From the NCBI GenBank assembly GCA_964022095.1, contig CAXHZO010000011.1, positions 1 through 64,000 of the forward strand: a stretch of DNA of 64,000 nt. Reading direction: 5' to 3'. Position numbers and translations under genes: made by a program. A model generated the notes under the pieces. It saw only the letters and a program-made list of their open reading frames with translations. It made no database searches and was not told the origin of the DNA. This DNA is from an uncultured Arcobacteraceae bacterium. GTDB lineage: Bacteria > Campylobacterota > Campylobacteria > Campylobacterales > Arcobacteraceae. Below, piece after piece: positions 42,301 through 51,348 of this stretch; positions within the stretch are counted from its first letter, which is position 1, and each line of letters starts with the position of its first letter.

Positions 42301-44398
42301 TGATTTAATAAACCTACTTAGTGAAAAAACAAAACTTTCAGATAAAACCATACACAACATCATCAAACTACTTGATGAAGGTTGTACTATTCCTTTTATT
42401 GCAAGATACAGAAAAGATTACACTAATGGTGCAACTGATGAAGAATTAAGAATTTTTGAAGAGACATATAACTATTTTGATAAGTTTTTGCAAAGAAAAG
42501 AAGAGATTAAAAATATACTAAAAGAGAAAAACTTTTTAGATGATAGGGTTTTAAAAAATCTAAATGAAGCAAAAACACTACAAGCTTTGGAAGATATATA
42601 TACTCCATTTAAAGATAAAAAATCTTCAAGAACAAGTAGTGCAATAGAAAATGGACTAGAACCACTAGCAAATATAATTCAATCTATGAAATACTCAAAA
42701 GAAGATGTAGAGTATAAGTCAAAACAGTTTTTAAATAAAAATATAAAGACAACTACTGATGCAATAAATGGTGCAAAAGATATCATAGCCCAAAGATATG
42801 CAGATGATTTTAAATCAAAAGAGGTTTTAAGAAACCTAATATCAAATTGGGGAAACTTAGAGATAAAAGAAGCAAAAGAGTTTGATAAAAATGGTGTTTA
42901 TGCAAACTTTGCAAATACAGTTGAGAAAATAAAATATATAAAATCACATAGAATCTTAGCAATTTTAAGAGCAGTAAATGAAAAGCAACTAAGTATAAAA
43001 GTAGATATTGATGAAAAGCATATTTTAGAAAATATCAAAAAATACAAAATTCCATCACATGCAAACTCTTCAAAAGATATAGTTTTTGATGCATACAAAG
43101 ATGGATTAAAAAGACTTTTGCTTCCTAGTTTAAAAAGAGAAGCAATCAATAACCTAAAAGAAAAAGCTAGCCTAGAAGCTATCGAGCTTTTTGGGAAGAA
43201 CCTAAAAGAGTTACTCCAAACAGCTCCACTTGTAAATCAAGTAATCTTAGGAATGGATCCTGGATATAAAACTGGATGTAAACTTGCAGTAATTGATGAA
43301 AATGGAAACTACCAAGATAGTAGTGTTATATATCCTACAAAACCAAAAGAGGATATAAAAACATCTTCAAAAGTAGTACTTGAACTAATCAAAAAATACA
43401 ACATCACTTCAATAGCAATTGGAAATGGAACAGCTTCAAGGGAAACTGCGCAGTTTGTAAGTGAACTAATCACTCAAAATAATCTAGAAATAAACTACGC
43501 AATAGTTAGTGAAATAGGAGCTAGCGTTTACTCTGCTTCAAAAATAGCTATACAAGAGTATCCAAACTTAGATGTTACCATAAGAGGAGCTATCTCAATA
43601 GCAAGTAGACTAAGAGACCCAATGGCAGCCTTAGTTAAGATAGACCCAAAATCTCTTGGAATCGGACAGTATCAACACGATGTAAACCAAAAAGAGTTAG
43701 AGAAAAAACTAGAAAACATCACTATAGATTTAGTAAATAAAGTAGGAGTAGATATAAACTCTGCTTCATATAAACTTTTATCTTTTATCTCAGGAATATC
43801 TGAAAAACTAGCTAAAAACATAATAGAACATAGAGCCAAAATCAAAAACTTCACTTCAAAAAAACAACTTCTTGAGGTAAAAGGAATTGGTGCAAAAGCA
43901 TATGAGCAAGGTGTTGGATTTTTGAGAATCAAAGATGGAAAATCTATTTTAGATAATACTGGTATTCACCCTGAAGATTATGATTTAACTGATAGGATAC
44001 AAAAGAACTATGAATTAGAAAAAATAGTTGATTTTGAAAAAGTAGCAAAAGAGTTAAACACTACACCACTAAAACTAAAAGATATAGTAACAGAACTTTT
44101 AAAACCTGGATATGATGTAAGACAAGAGTTTAATCAAGTAAAGTTTTCAAGTGATATTACAAATATAGAAGATTTAAAAGAGGGTTTTACCTTAAGTGGA
44201 ATAGTTAGAAACATCACTGATTTTGGAGCTTTTGTAGATATAGGACTTAAAAATGATGCCCTACTTCATATCTCACAAATAAGCCAAAAAAGAATCTCAC
44301 ATCCAAGTGAAGTTTTAAGTATAAATCAAAATTTAGAAAATATAAAAGTACTAAGTGTAGACTTAGAAAAACAAAGAGTAGGTCTTAGTTTAAAATAG
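42293..44398 (+). CDS. tex: Tex (YhgF) RNA-binding transcription accessory protein
   Basis: TIPFIARYRK, GMDPGYKTGCK, IGNGTASRET, GIGQYQHDV, C-terminal S1 domain. Confidence 0.95.
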   Translation: MTNDLINLLSEKTKLSDKTIHNIIKLLDEGCTIPFIARYRKDYTNGATDEELRIFEETYNYFDKFLQRKEEIKNILKEKNFLDDRVLKNLNEAKTLQALEDIYTPFKDKKSSRTSSAIENGLEPLANIIQSMKYSKEDVEYKSKQFLNKNIKTTTDAINGAKDIIAQRYADDFKSKEVLRNLISNWGNLEIKEAKEFDKNGVYANFANTVEKIKYIKSHRILAILRAVNEKQLSIKVDIDEKHILENIKKYKIPSHANSSKDIVFDAYKDGLKRLLLPSLKREAINNLKEKASLEAIELFGKNLKELLQTAPLVNQVILGMDPGYKTGCKLAVIDENGNYQDSSVIYPTKPKEDIKTSSKVVLELIKKYNITSIAIGNGTASRETAQFVSELITQNNLEINYAIVSEIGASVYSASKIAIQEYPNLDVTIRGAISIASRLRDPMAALVKIDPKSLGIGQYQHDVNQKELEKKLENITIDLVNKVGVDINSASYKLLSFISGISEKLAKNIIEHRAKIKNFTSKKQLLEVKGIGAKAYEQGVGFLRIKDGKSILDNTGIHPEDYDLTDRIQKNYELEKIVDFEKVAKELNTTPLKLKDIVTELLKPGYDVRQEFNQVKFSSDITNIEDLKEGFTLSGIVRNITDFGAFVDIGLKNDALLHISQISQKRISHPSEVLSINQNLENIKVLSVDLEKQRVGLSLK

Positions 44399-44416
44399 AA
44401 AAATAAAAGGAAAAAA

Positions 44417-44683
44417 ATGCAAGATATAAAAACACAACTAAAAGAGTTAATTGACGAAACAATGATTCCAGAAACAATGGATTATATAGAAGAATTAAAA
44501 GTTTTAAAACAAAATAACAAAGCTACACAAGATGATTTAAACGCCATTGAAGAGATGCAGTTCTTTTTAGAAGAGTTAGAATCTGTTGTAACTGCAATAG
44601 AAGAAGATAAAATCTCAGATGAAGAAGCACAAGAGATTTTTACTAAAATTGAAAGTATGATTGAGGAACATCAAGAACATTGA
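44417..44683 (+). CDS. Hypothetical acidic helical protein
   Basis: AAGGA RBS, 88-aa ORF followed by a terminator. Confidence 0.75.
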   Translation: MQDIKTQLKELIDETMIPETMDYIEELKVLKQNNKATQDDLNAIEEMQFFLEELESVVTAIEEDKISDEEAQEIFTKIESMIEEHQEH

Positions 44684-44685
44684 TT

Positions 44686-44710
44686 AAAAACTAGAGAGAA
44701 ACTCTAGTTT
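44686..44710. repeat. Left copy of a 25-bp direct repeat / terminator hairpin flanking the CRISPR-Cas locus
   Basis: aaaaactagagagaaactctagttt, identical to 51324-51348. Confidence 0.9.
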
Positions 44711-44711
44711 C

Positions 44712-46329
44712 TAATTAACCTACTCTCAAATCCCCATTTGATATAATACAAAACCAGTAAATTTCATGCCTTCGTAAGTTTTAACCTACTCTCAAATCCC
44801 CATTTGATATAATCAAAGCATTCAGGAATTGGCTGTCCTTTTGTTTTAACCTACTCTCAAATCCCCATTTGATATAATCAAAACATTTGAAAGTAATCAC
44901 CATCTAAAGTTTTAACCTACTCTCAAATCCCCATTTGATATAATTGTTCTAAATTTGTTTGTAAAACCATTGCTGTTTTAACCTACTCTCAAATCCCCAT
45001 TTGATATAATTATATCACGAATATGAACGCAGAAAGCTTTGTTTTAACCTACTCTCAAATCCCCATTTGATATAATCTAAGTTCTAATTGGCAATATTCG
45101 GAAGTAGTTTTAACCTACTCTCAAATCCCCATTTGATATAATGTTGTAGTTTTGTGCTTTCAGTTCGCGTTAGTTTTAACCTACTCTCAAATCCCCATTT
45201 GATATAATATTATGATAATAGTCGGCACTAATTCTTATGTTTTAACCTACTCTCAAATCCCCATTTGATATAATTTAATAGCTTAATTGTTATTGATGAG
45301 GCACAGTTTTAACCTACTCTCAAATCCCCATTTGATATAATTTGCTTTCTTGTTTCTTCTTCAAATACGTTCGTTTTAACCTACTCTCAAATCCCCATTT
45401 GATATAATGATTACTTTGCTCAAGAATTAGCGTTAAGGGTTTTAACCTACTCTCAAATCCCCATTTGATATAATTCATTCTTTAATGTTCTCTGGAATTC
45501 CCATGTTTTAACCTACTCTCAAATCCCCATTTGATATAATATTTGAAGTCCCATACCATCTAATGTCAGTGTTTTAACCTACTCTCAAATCCCCATTTGA
45601 TATAATCCCATCTTTCTTTTCGTATACATTAGTTAGTTTTAACCTACTCTCAAATCCCCATTTGATATAATATATATTTTCCAATTGCATTGTTTAAGTT
45701 TGTTTTAACCTACTCTCAAATCCCCATTTGATATAATTAGAACCTTGGCAGAAAAAGATGATTTGCGTTTTAACCTACTCTCAAATCCCCATTTGATATA
45801 ATAAATAAAAATAGATATTTATCGGAAATTAGTTTTAACCTACTCTCAAATCCCCATTTGATATAATGGGAGCAGGAACATGGATAGTGGTTTACTTGTT
45901 TTAACCTACTCTCAAATCCCCATTTGATATAATGGGAGCAGGAACATGGATAGTGGTTTACTTGTTTTAACCTACTCTCAAATCCCCATTTGATATAATT
46001 TGTTATTGACTCAAGATTATCAATATCCCGTTTTAACCTACTCTCAAATCCCCATTTGATATAATTTCTTAATTCGAGAGATGCATTAGTATCTTGTTTT
46101 AACCTACTCTCAAATCCCCATTTGATATAATAACAAGAATTTAAAGAAAACAATAGTAGTTGTTTTAACCTACTCTCAAATCCCCATTTGATATAATTCA
46201 AAAGCTAGAAGTAAGTTCTTGAAAGATGTTTTAACCTACTCTCAAATCCCCATTTGATATAATTTTAGATGTATTTCAGATATATTTATGATGGTTTTAA
46301 CCTACTCTCAAATCCCCATTTGATATAAT
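44712..46329 (+). CRISPR. Type II-C CRISPR array: 25 repeats of 36 bp, 24 spacers of 29-31 bp
   Basis: Repeat GTTTTAACCTACTCTCAAATCCCCATTTGATATAAT; first repeat (44712) has 3 altered 5' bases; orientation from the GTTTT 5' end, tracr complementarity and embedded TGnTATAAT. Confidence 0.99.
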
Positions 46330-46377
46330 AGAGTAGATTAAAACTTCGATTTTATAGGGTTTTCAAGTCTAAAAACA

Positions 46378-46728
46378 CTAAAAAACAAGTACAGTTTGTA
46401 CTTGTTTTTCTACTTTTTCTTCGGGTTTTTCTCTATAATTTTCTATTACTAACATATTTTTATATTGTGCTTCTGTAACTTTTACTACTCTTATAGAACC
46501 ATTTAAAGGTGAAGCTAGTTCAATCTTTTTTTCATATTTTTGTGCGATTGCCAAACTTTTGCAAAATCTTATATAAACTGAATATTGAAACATTATAAAA
46601 CCCATTTCTAAAAGTTTATTTCTAAATTTTGTATATTTTTTTATATCTTTTTTTGTATTTGTTGGCATATCAAACATTGCAAATAAAACCATCTTTCTAT
46701 ACCTACTTTCTTGTGATATATTTTTCAT
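46378..46728 (-). CDS. cas2: CRISPR-associated endoribonuclease Cas2
   Basis: LFAMFDMPT, FRNKLLEMGFIMFQYSVY, GSIRV..VTEAQY. Confidence 0.96.
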   Translation of the reverse strand: MKNISQESRYRKMVLFAMFDMPTNTKKDIKKYTKFRNKLLEMGFIMFQYSVYIRFCKSLAIAQKYEKKIELASPLNGSIRVVKVTEAQYKNMLVIENYREKPEEKVEKQVQTVLVF

Positions 46729-47597
46729 AATTTAAATAATATTAATTCTTCAGTTTTTGATAAGCAAATTGATTGATAATTTGCAACCATAAGTTTCATA
46801 CAGTTTGATACAGTCATATTTTTATTATCATAAGTAACAGTTTCCTCTAATAGTTTTAATAAAGCTATTTTAATAGATGAATTTAATTCCATATCTTTTT
46901 TTATAGACCTTGCAACGTAGTTATCTACTATTGGTCTAAAAGGTTCTATTAAATCATCTGCTAGATTAAAAGAATTTAATTCACTACTGTGATGAATACC
47001 AAAAGCTGGATTTAAACCATAGGCTATTAAATATCTACAAATAGAACTTCTAAATATTGCATAACCAAAGTTTAGTACTGAATTGTTTATATTTTCAGGA
47101 TTATTTCGTGAAAAATCTTTACCAAATAACTCTTTAAAATAATACGCTGCTGCAGTTGCCTCAATATTTTCTTTATCATTTGATTTTATTCTAGGAATTA
47201 ATAAATCAATATATTCATAGTTTTTATTTAGTTTTTTTAATATTTTGGATTGATTTCTCACTTTTGAAGCGACTATATCTTTCCATATTTGATTTAGTTT
47301 TGGTTTTGAAACTAGGATTTGAGACTTTTGTATTTTTGTTGTTCTACTGTTTTTATTTATTCCAAGAAGTATGGAACTAGGCATAAATTTTTCATCACAA
47401 AAGATTACATTGATATTTGATTTAGTTAATTGAGATAGAAGTGCAGAGGTGATGGTAGTTTGCTGGTTTTCTATGACTATTGTATCAATATCATCAAAAC
47501 AGACAGTTGTTTCAAAGTCATCAATTTTTACAGATATTAGATTATTTTTATAGCTTAGATATGATTTGTTTTTTATATATAGTTTTTGAAGAGACAT
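46725..47597 (-). CDS. cas1: Type II CRISPR-associated integrase Cas1
   Basis: EATAAAYYF..LFG, NSVLNFGYAIFRS, GIHH, FNLADDLIEPFRP. Confidence 0.97.
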   Translation of the reverse strand: MSLQKLYIKNKSYLSYKNNLISVKIDDFETTVCFDDIDTIVIENQQTTITSALLSQLTKSNINVIFCDEKFMPSSILLGINKNSRTTKIQKSQILVSKPKLNQIWKDIVASKVRNQSKILKKLNKNYEYIDLLIPRIKSNDKENIEATAAAYYFKELFGKDFSRNNPENINNSVLNFGYAIFRSSICRYLIAYGLNPAFGIHHSSELNSFNLADDLIEPFRPIVDNYVARSIKKDMELNSSIKIALLKLLEETVTYDNKNMTVSNCMKLMVANYQSICLSKTEELILFKL

Positions 47598-47697
47598 TTA
47601 TAAACTCCTCAAAAAGAAGAGCTTATAAAAAAACTTTTGCGGGACTAAATCGTCCCTTGTTTTAACCAGACTATCAAATCCCCATTTGATATGAGAA
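47597..47697 (-). ncRNA. tracrRNA (ends approximate)
   Basis: 47659-47692 matches the repeat (9 bp + internal loop + 19 bp); minus-strand TATAAT at 47709-47704; then GGGAC/GUCCC hairpin, U7 tract and a 14-bp hairpin whose G-U pairs work only on the minus strand. Confidence 0.9.
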
Positions 47698-47709
47698 TAT
47701 TTTATTATA

Positions 47710-50700
47710 TTATTTCTTAAACTCTTCATAGGAAATATCTCCTTGATAATTTATAAATACTTTTCTTGCAATTGTGTCTTTATTCAATGTTACTTTTATT
47801 TCAACTTTAGATTTTGTATTTAAAGGTTTTAATTTAATTTTATTGTTTGAACTTGATATATCTCCTCCACCATTAAAAATAAAATACTCTTTAGTAGATT
47901 CTTTTAAATTTTCAATTTCTAGAATATCACCTTTTTGAATATTGATTTTGTCTTCGTAATCTTTTATAAGTTCTATTTTCTTTTCATTTATTTTTGGAGG
48001 AATATTGTTTTTTATAGAAGAAAAATAGTTTAAACCTATAACTTGTCCTTTTGAAGTATTAAATAAATCTACATTTAATGTAGTGTCATTTAGTTTTGCG
48101 ACAAAGGGAATATCTTTTTCTTTTAATTCTTTATATACATCAAGTGATAATCTTTGTAATCTATCTTTTTGTGTTTTATCTGTGATTATTATACTATCTG
48201 CTTTTGAGGCACTTTTAGTTTTTACTTTTATATTTCTAACTATTTGTTTTAGACCTTTTTTTGTAATAAAAAAGCAAGGTTCGTTTTGTAAAAACTCTTC
48301 ACTTTTTTTCTGTTCATCTAGTCTAGATATTTTATCTTTTATAGCTATTGTTTGCTCTGTATCTTCATAGTTTTTTTTGTTTGGTAGTTCACCTTTTAAT
48401 TCATCTATCTCTTTTTTAATATTTGAAATATTTTCTCTTGTAGTTAAAAGTTTATTTTTATATTCTAATAATGCATTTCTAATATTTTCTTGTTTTGGTA
48501 AATCTAAATGAGAGATCAAATCTTCTACTTTTTTATTTACCTCTTTATCACTTATATCTTTTCCATAATTATCAAATAAAAGATTTTTATCGATAGCTTT
48601 TTTATCAATTTGATAAAATTCTTCTTTCTCTTTATCTAAATATAGTTTTACATTTCCATCTTTAAAGCCTACTACATTGTCTCTTTTTTTGATTATTGGG
48701 CAAATATATAATTCGTTGTTTTCATATTTTTTAACTTTATCTTTTATAAATTCTACTAAATTAGTTCCATCACTAGTAACTGGAAATCTAGTTTTGATTT
48801 TTTCAATTATCTTCTTTGTTTTAAATCCATTTTCGTTTTGTTTAAAAAAATCATTTAAACCTTTTTTTGCTGATTCATTTAAAAGAGAAATTACTATTGC
48901 ATCAATAGTATGATGATAGTTTGTTTTCCTATCTTTTTTATCATCTTCATTTTTAGGCTGTACTTTATCAACACCCCAAAGTCTTTTTAATTCACTTATT
49001 GCTTTTCCAGTAACTCTTATTACATTTTGATTTGTTTCACCTTTTCCATATTCATTTTGTTTAGGATATAAATAGTGTTCCAAATAATTAGCTATAATCT
49101 TTGTAGCACTTCTAGTATCATTTAAAAACCTATCTTCAAGATTTTCTCTTTCCCAATTTTTATTTATATTTTCTTCATCAGTTAGCCAAAAAACTTTACT
49201 ATCGTTTGTTAATTCTTTTTTAACTCTTGAAGTAAACTCCTCCCAAATATTTTTTGATTTTAGATAAGTGATTGGATGTGTATTTGATTTGTCCTGATTA
49301 TGTTTTTTTAGAACTAATATTTTATTTTTATATGAATTTATCCATATTTTACTTCTTGGGATAAAATGTTCTACTTCTGTTTTGTGTTCATCAAGTGCAT
49401 CTTCTAAAGTTAAAGGCTCCCCACTATAAAGACATTTTGATTTTTGTTCAATTAAAAGTCTAGCTCTTTCTATATTTTTTCTACTTAATTCATAATCTTC
49501 AGCTAAAAGCAGTTTCTCAGAAGCTTTTATCTCTTTTCTACTATTTGCTTGAGCTTCTTTGATTTGCTCTTCTTCTTTTTTTGAGTTTAACTCTCTGGCA
49601 GTTTCAATGATTATTTTATCTATTTTCCCATATTTAAATATTAAATCATTTACTAATCTTCTTAAAATTGAAATTACTCTTTTTACATTTGGAGAAACTA
49701 AAGGCTGATAAAATATATGCTCTCTTTTGAAGTTCTCAATATTTTTTTCAAGCCAAAGTAAATCTTTTTCTGATGGATTTAATGGTGGTAAATAAGAATA
49801 AGGTTTCATATCTAAATATTTTCTAAAATATCCTAATTCAACAAGAGTATCGTGATATGATTTTTCAAATCTCATTTTTTGTAAAATCTCTTCAATGAAA
49901 CATAACGAAAAAGAAGCATATGTGTCTTTTGTTCCTTTTGAAACTTTTGATAATTCTTTGATTATTTCATTACTTAAAAGGTTTTCTTTTTCAACTTTTT
50001 TAATCTCTTTAAAAATTTGTTCTTTATTTACATAATAAAATATTTTCTTTAAAATCTCTGAATATAAGTCTTTATGTGTTTTAAAAATATCAAAATCAGT
50101 CTTTTTAAATATTTCCAATAACTGTGTATGAATTCCAATATCAAGAATAGTTTCATCTTGTTTATTTGAAGTTTTAATTTTTATATTTTTTAGTCCAGCT
50201 TTATCAAAAATATTTTTAGTATTTATTGTTTTTGTTGGTGGTTTTTTTAACCATAACTCTACTGTATTATCAATTTGTTCTTTTGTTGGAGTAAATAGTT
50301 CTCCGGTTTTATCATTAAAAATTAAATTACCTAAAATAGAATTCTCAATTCTTTGTCTAATAGTTAACTCAATACTAGAAATATGAGATTTTGGAATTCT
50401 TTTTTGAGGCTTTTTATGGAATTTATTATAGAAACTACAAAAACCAACCATATCTTCCATACTTTTTAATGCTCTTTGTTCAAAAATACCTATTGAGTTT
50501 TCATTTACACCATTAATAAGCTTATTCTTAAAATTATCATATATTTCAACAGTTTTAAAAAGCTCTTTATTTTCTTTTTGTGATTCTAATAATATTTCTA
50601 ATTCTTCTTGCCATAAATCTCTATCAAGTGAATTATTATAATTGTCTTTTTTATTTCTAACTGCAATATTTGTAAAACCATTATTTTCTAAATTTAACTT

Positions 50701-51216
50701 TTTATTTAACAAAACAGAGGAAGGAAGAGATAAATCATTTTTTACATATAGTTCTTTATTGTTAGAGATAGCTTCATTTATCACTCCATCATCTTTTGAA
50801 TCTTCTGTTTTAAATTGATTAGAATATCCCCTTCTTGTAATGATAGAATAAAGTGAAAAAGTGAAATCATCTTTCGATAAATTTTTACCATTAACGGCTT
50901 CTTGCCTTAAAATATATGGATTTTTATCTTTTGATAATTTGTTAAAATATTTAATTGGATTAGTAAGAATAGATTTTTCTGCTAGTTCAAAACTACTCAA
51001 TAGTTTTCTAACTATTTCATTTCTTCTACTTTTTCTTTCATTTCTTCTTCGGCTACTTCTAAAACTTCTTCTATCCTCTGCTTTAATATATTCACTAAAT
51101 ATAACACTATTTGAAGACAGTTCTTTAAAAACTGTTTGTTCATTTTCTATTTTTATTTCATTAAGTGAATAACCAATACTATTTGTACCAATATCTAATC
51201 CTAATACCTTTGACAT
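47710..51216 (-). CDS. cas9: Type II-C Cas9 (1168 aa), catalytic motifs intact
   Basis: RuvC-I LGLDIGTNSIG, Arg-rich bridge helix, RuvC-II IIETARE, HNH EVEHFIPRS..N..NQDK, RuvC-III HHTIDA; no csn2 or cas4 in locus. Confidence 0.98.
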   Translation of the reverse strand: MSKVLGLDIGTNSIGYSLNEIKIENEQTVFKELSSNSVIFSEYIKAEDRRSFRSSRRRNERKSRRNEIVRKLLSSFELAEKSILTNPIKYFNKLSKDKNPYILRQEAVNGKNLSKDDFTFSLYSIITRRGYSNQFKTEDSKDDGVINEAISNNKELYVKNDLSLPSSVLLNKKLNLENNGFTNIAVRNKKDNYNNSLDRDLWQEELEILLESQKENKELFKTVEIYDNFKNKLINGVNENSIGIFEQRALKSMEDMVGFCSFYNKFHKKPQKRIPKSHISSIELTIRQRIENSILGNLIFNDKTGELFTPTKEQIDNTVELWLKKPPTKTINTKNIFDKAGLKNIKIKTSNKQDETILDIGIHTQLLEIFKKTDFDIFKTHKDLYSEILKKIFYYVNKEQIFKEIKKVEKENLLSNEIIKELSKVSKGTKDTYASFSLCFIEEILQKMRFEKSYHDTLVELGYFRKYLDMKPYSYLPPLNPSEKDLLWLEKNIENFKREHIFYQPLVSPNVKRVISILRRLVNDLIFKYGKIDKIIIETARELNSKKEEEQIKEAQANSRKEIKASEKLLLAEDYELSRKNIERARLLIEQKSKCLYSGEPLTLEDALDEHKTEVEHFIPRSKIWINSYKNKILVLKKHNQDKSNTHPITYLKSKNIWEEFTSRVKKELTNDSKVFWLTDEENINKNWERENLEDRFLNDTRSATKIIANYLEHYLYPKQNEYGKGETNQNVIRVTGKAISELKRLWGVDKVQPKNEDDKKDRKTNYHHTIDAIVISLLNESAKKGLNDFFKQNENGFKTKKIIEKIKTRFPVTSDGTNLVEFIKDKVKKYENNELYICPIIKKRDNVVGFKDGNVKLYLDKEKEEFYQIDKKAIDKNLLFDNYGKDISDKEVNKKVEDLISHLDLPKQENIRNALLEYKNKLLTTRENISNIKKEIDELKGELPNKKNYEDTEQTIAIKDKISRLDEQKKSEEFLQNEPCFFITKKGLKQIVRNIKVKTKSASKADSIIITDKTQKDRLQRLSLDVYKELKEKDIPFVAKLNDTTLNVDLFNTSKGQVIGLNYFSSIKNNIPPKINEKKIELIKDYEDKINIQKGDILEIENLKESTKEYFIFNGGGDISSSNNKIKLKPLNTKSKVEIKVTLNKDTIARKVFINYQGDISYEEFKK

Positions 51217-51248
51217 AATTAGCCTTTAATAATTGTAATAATAACTAA

Positions 51249-51286
51249 ATAATAACATAATAATGACTCAGAAATGACTCAATTTA
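51249..51286 (-). promoter_or_regulatory. cas9 promoter: extended -10 plus double TGAGTCA operator-like box
   Basis: Minus strand TAAATTGAGTCATTTCTGAGTCATT (51286-51262), 4 nt, TGTTATTAT (51257-51249); same layout at 62928-62965. Confidence 0.7.
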
Positions 51287-51323
51287 GAAGAAAAGTAGGA
51301 TTATAGATTAGAAAAATTGTTAG

Positions 51324-51348
51324 AAAAACTAGAGAGAAACTCTAGTTT
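51324..51348. repeat. Right copy of the 25-bp direct repeat; overlaps the ridA stop and its terminator
   Basis: Identical to 44686-44710; stem aaaaactagag/ctctagttttt. Confidence 0.9.

Noticed and set aside
43141-44398. Impression of more ATA/CTA codons in the 3' half of tex, suggesting mosaic origin
   Set aside because: Only a visual impression; needs a codon-usage calculation I cannot run.
45770-46201. 143-aa ORF with repeating YIKWGFESRLK
   Set aside because: Antisense translation of CRISPR repeats and spacers, not a protein gene.
44748-46293. Self-targeting spacers within the window
   Set aside because: None noticed by eye, but the search was not exhaustive, so no claim is made.
47480-47665. 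61-aa + strand ORF over the cas1 start and tracrRNA
   Set aside because: Antisense to cas1 and tracr, no recognisable RBS or motif.
47659-47692. Possible orphan CRISPR repeat or second mini-array
   Set aside because: The internal mismatch block, minus-strand -10 and downstream hairpins fit a tracrRNA anti-repeat.
47710-51216. Possible nuclease-dead Cas9
   Set aside because: RuvC D, E, H, D and HNH catalytic residues are all present.
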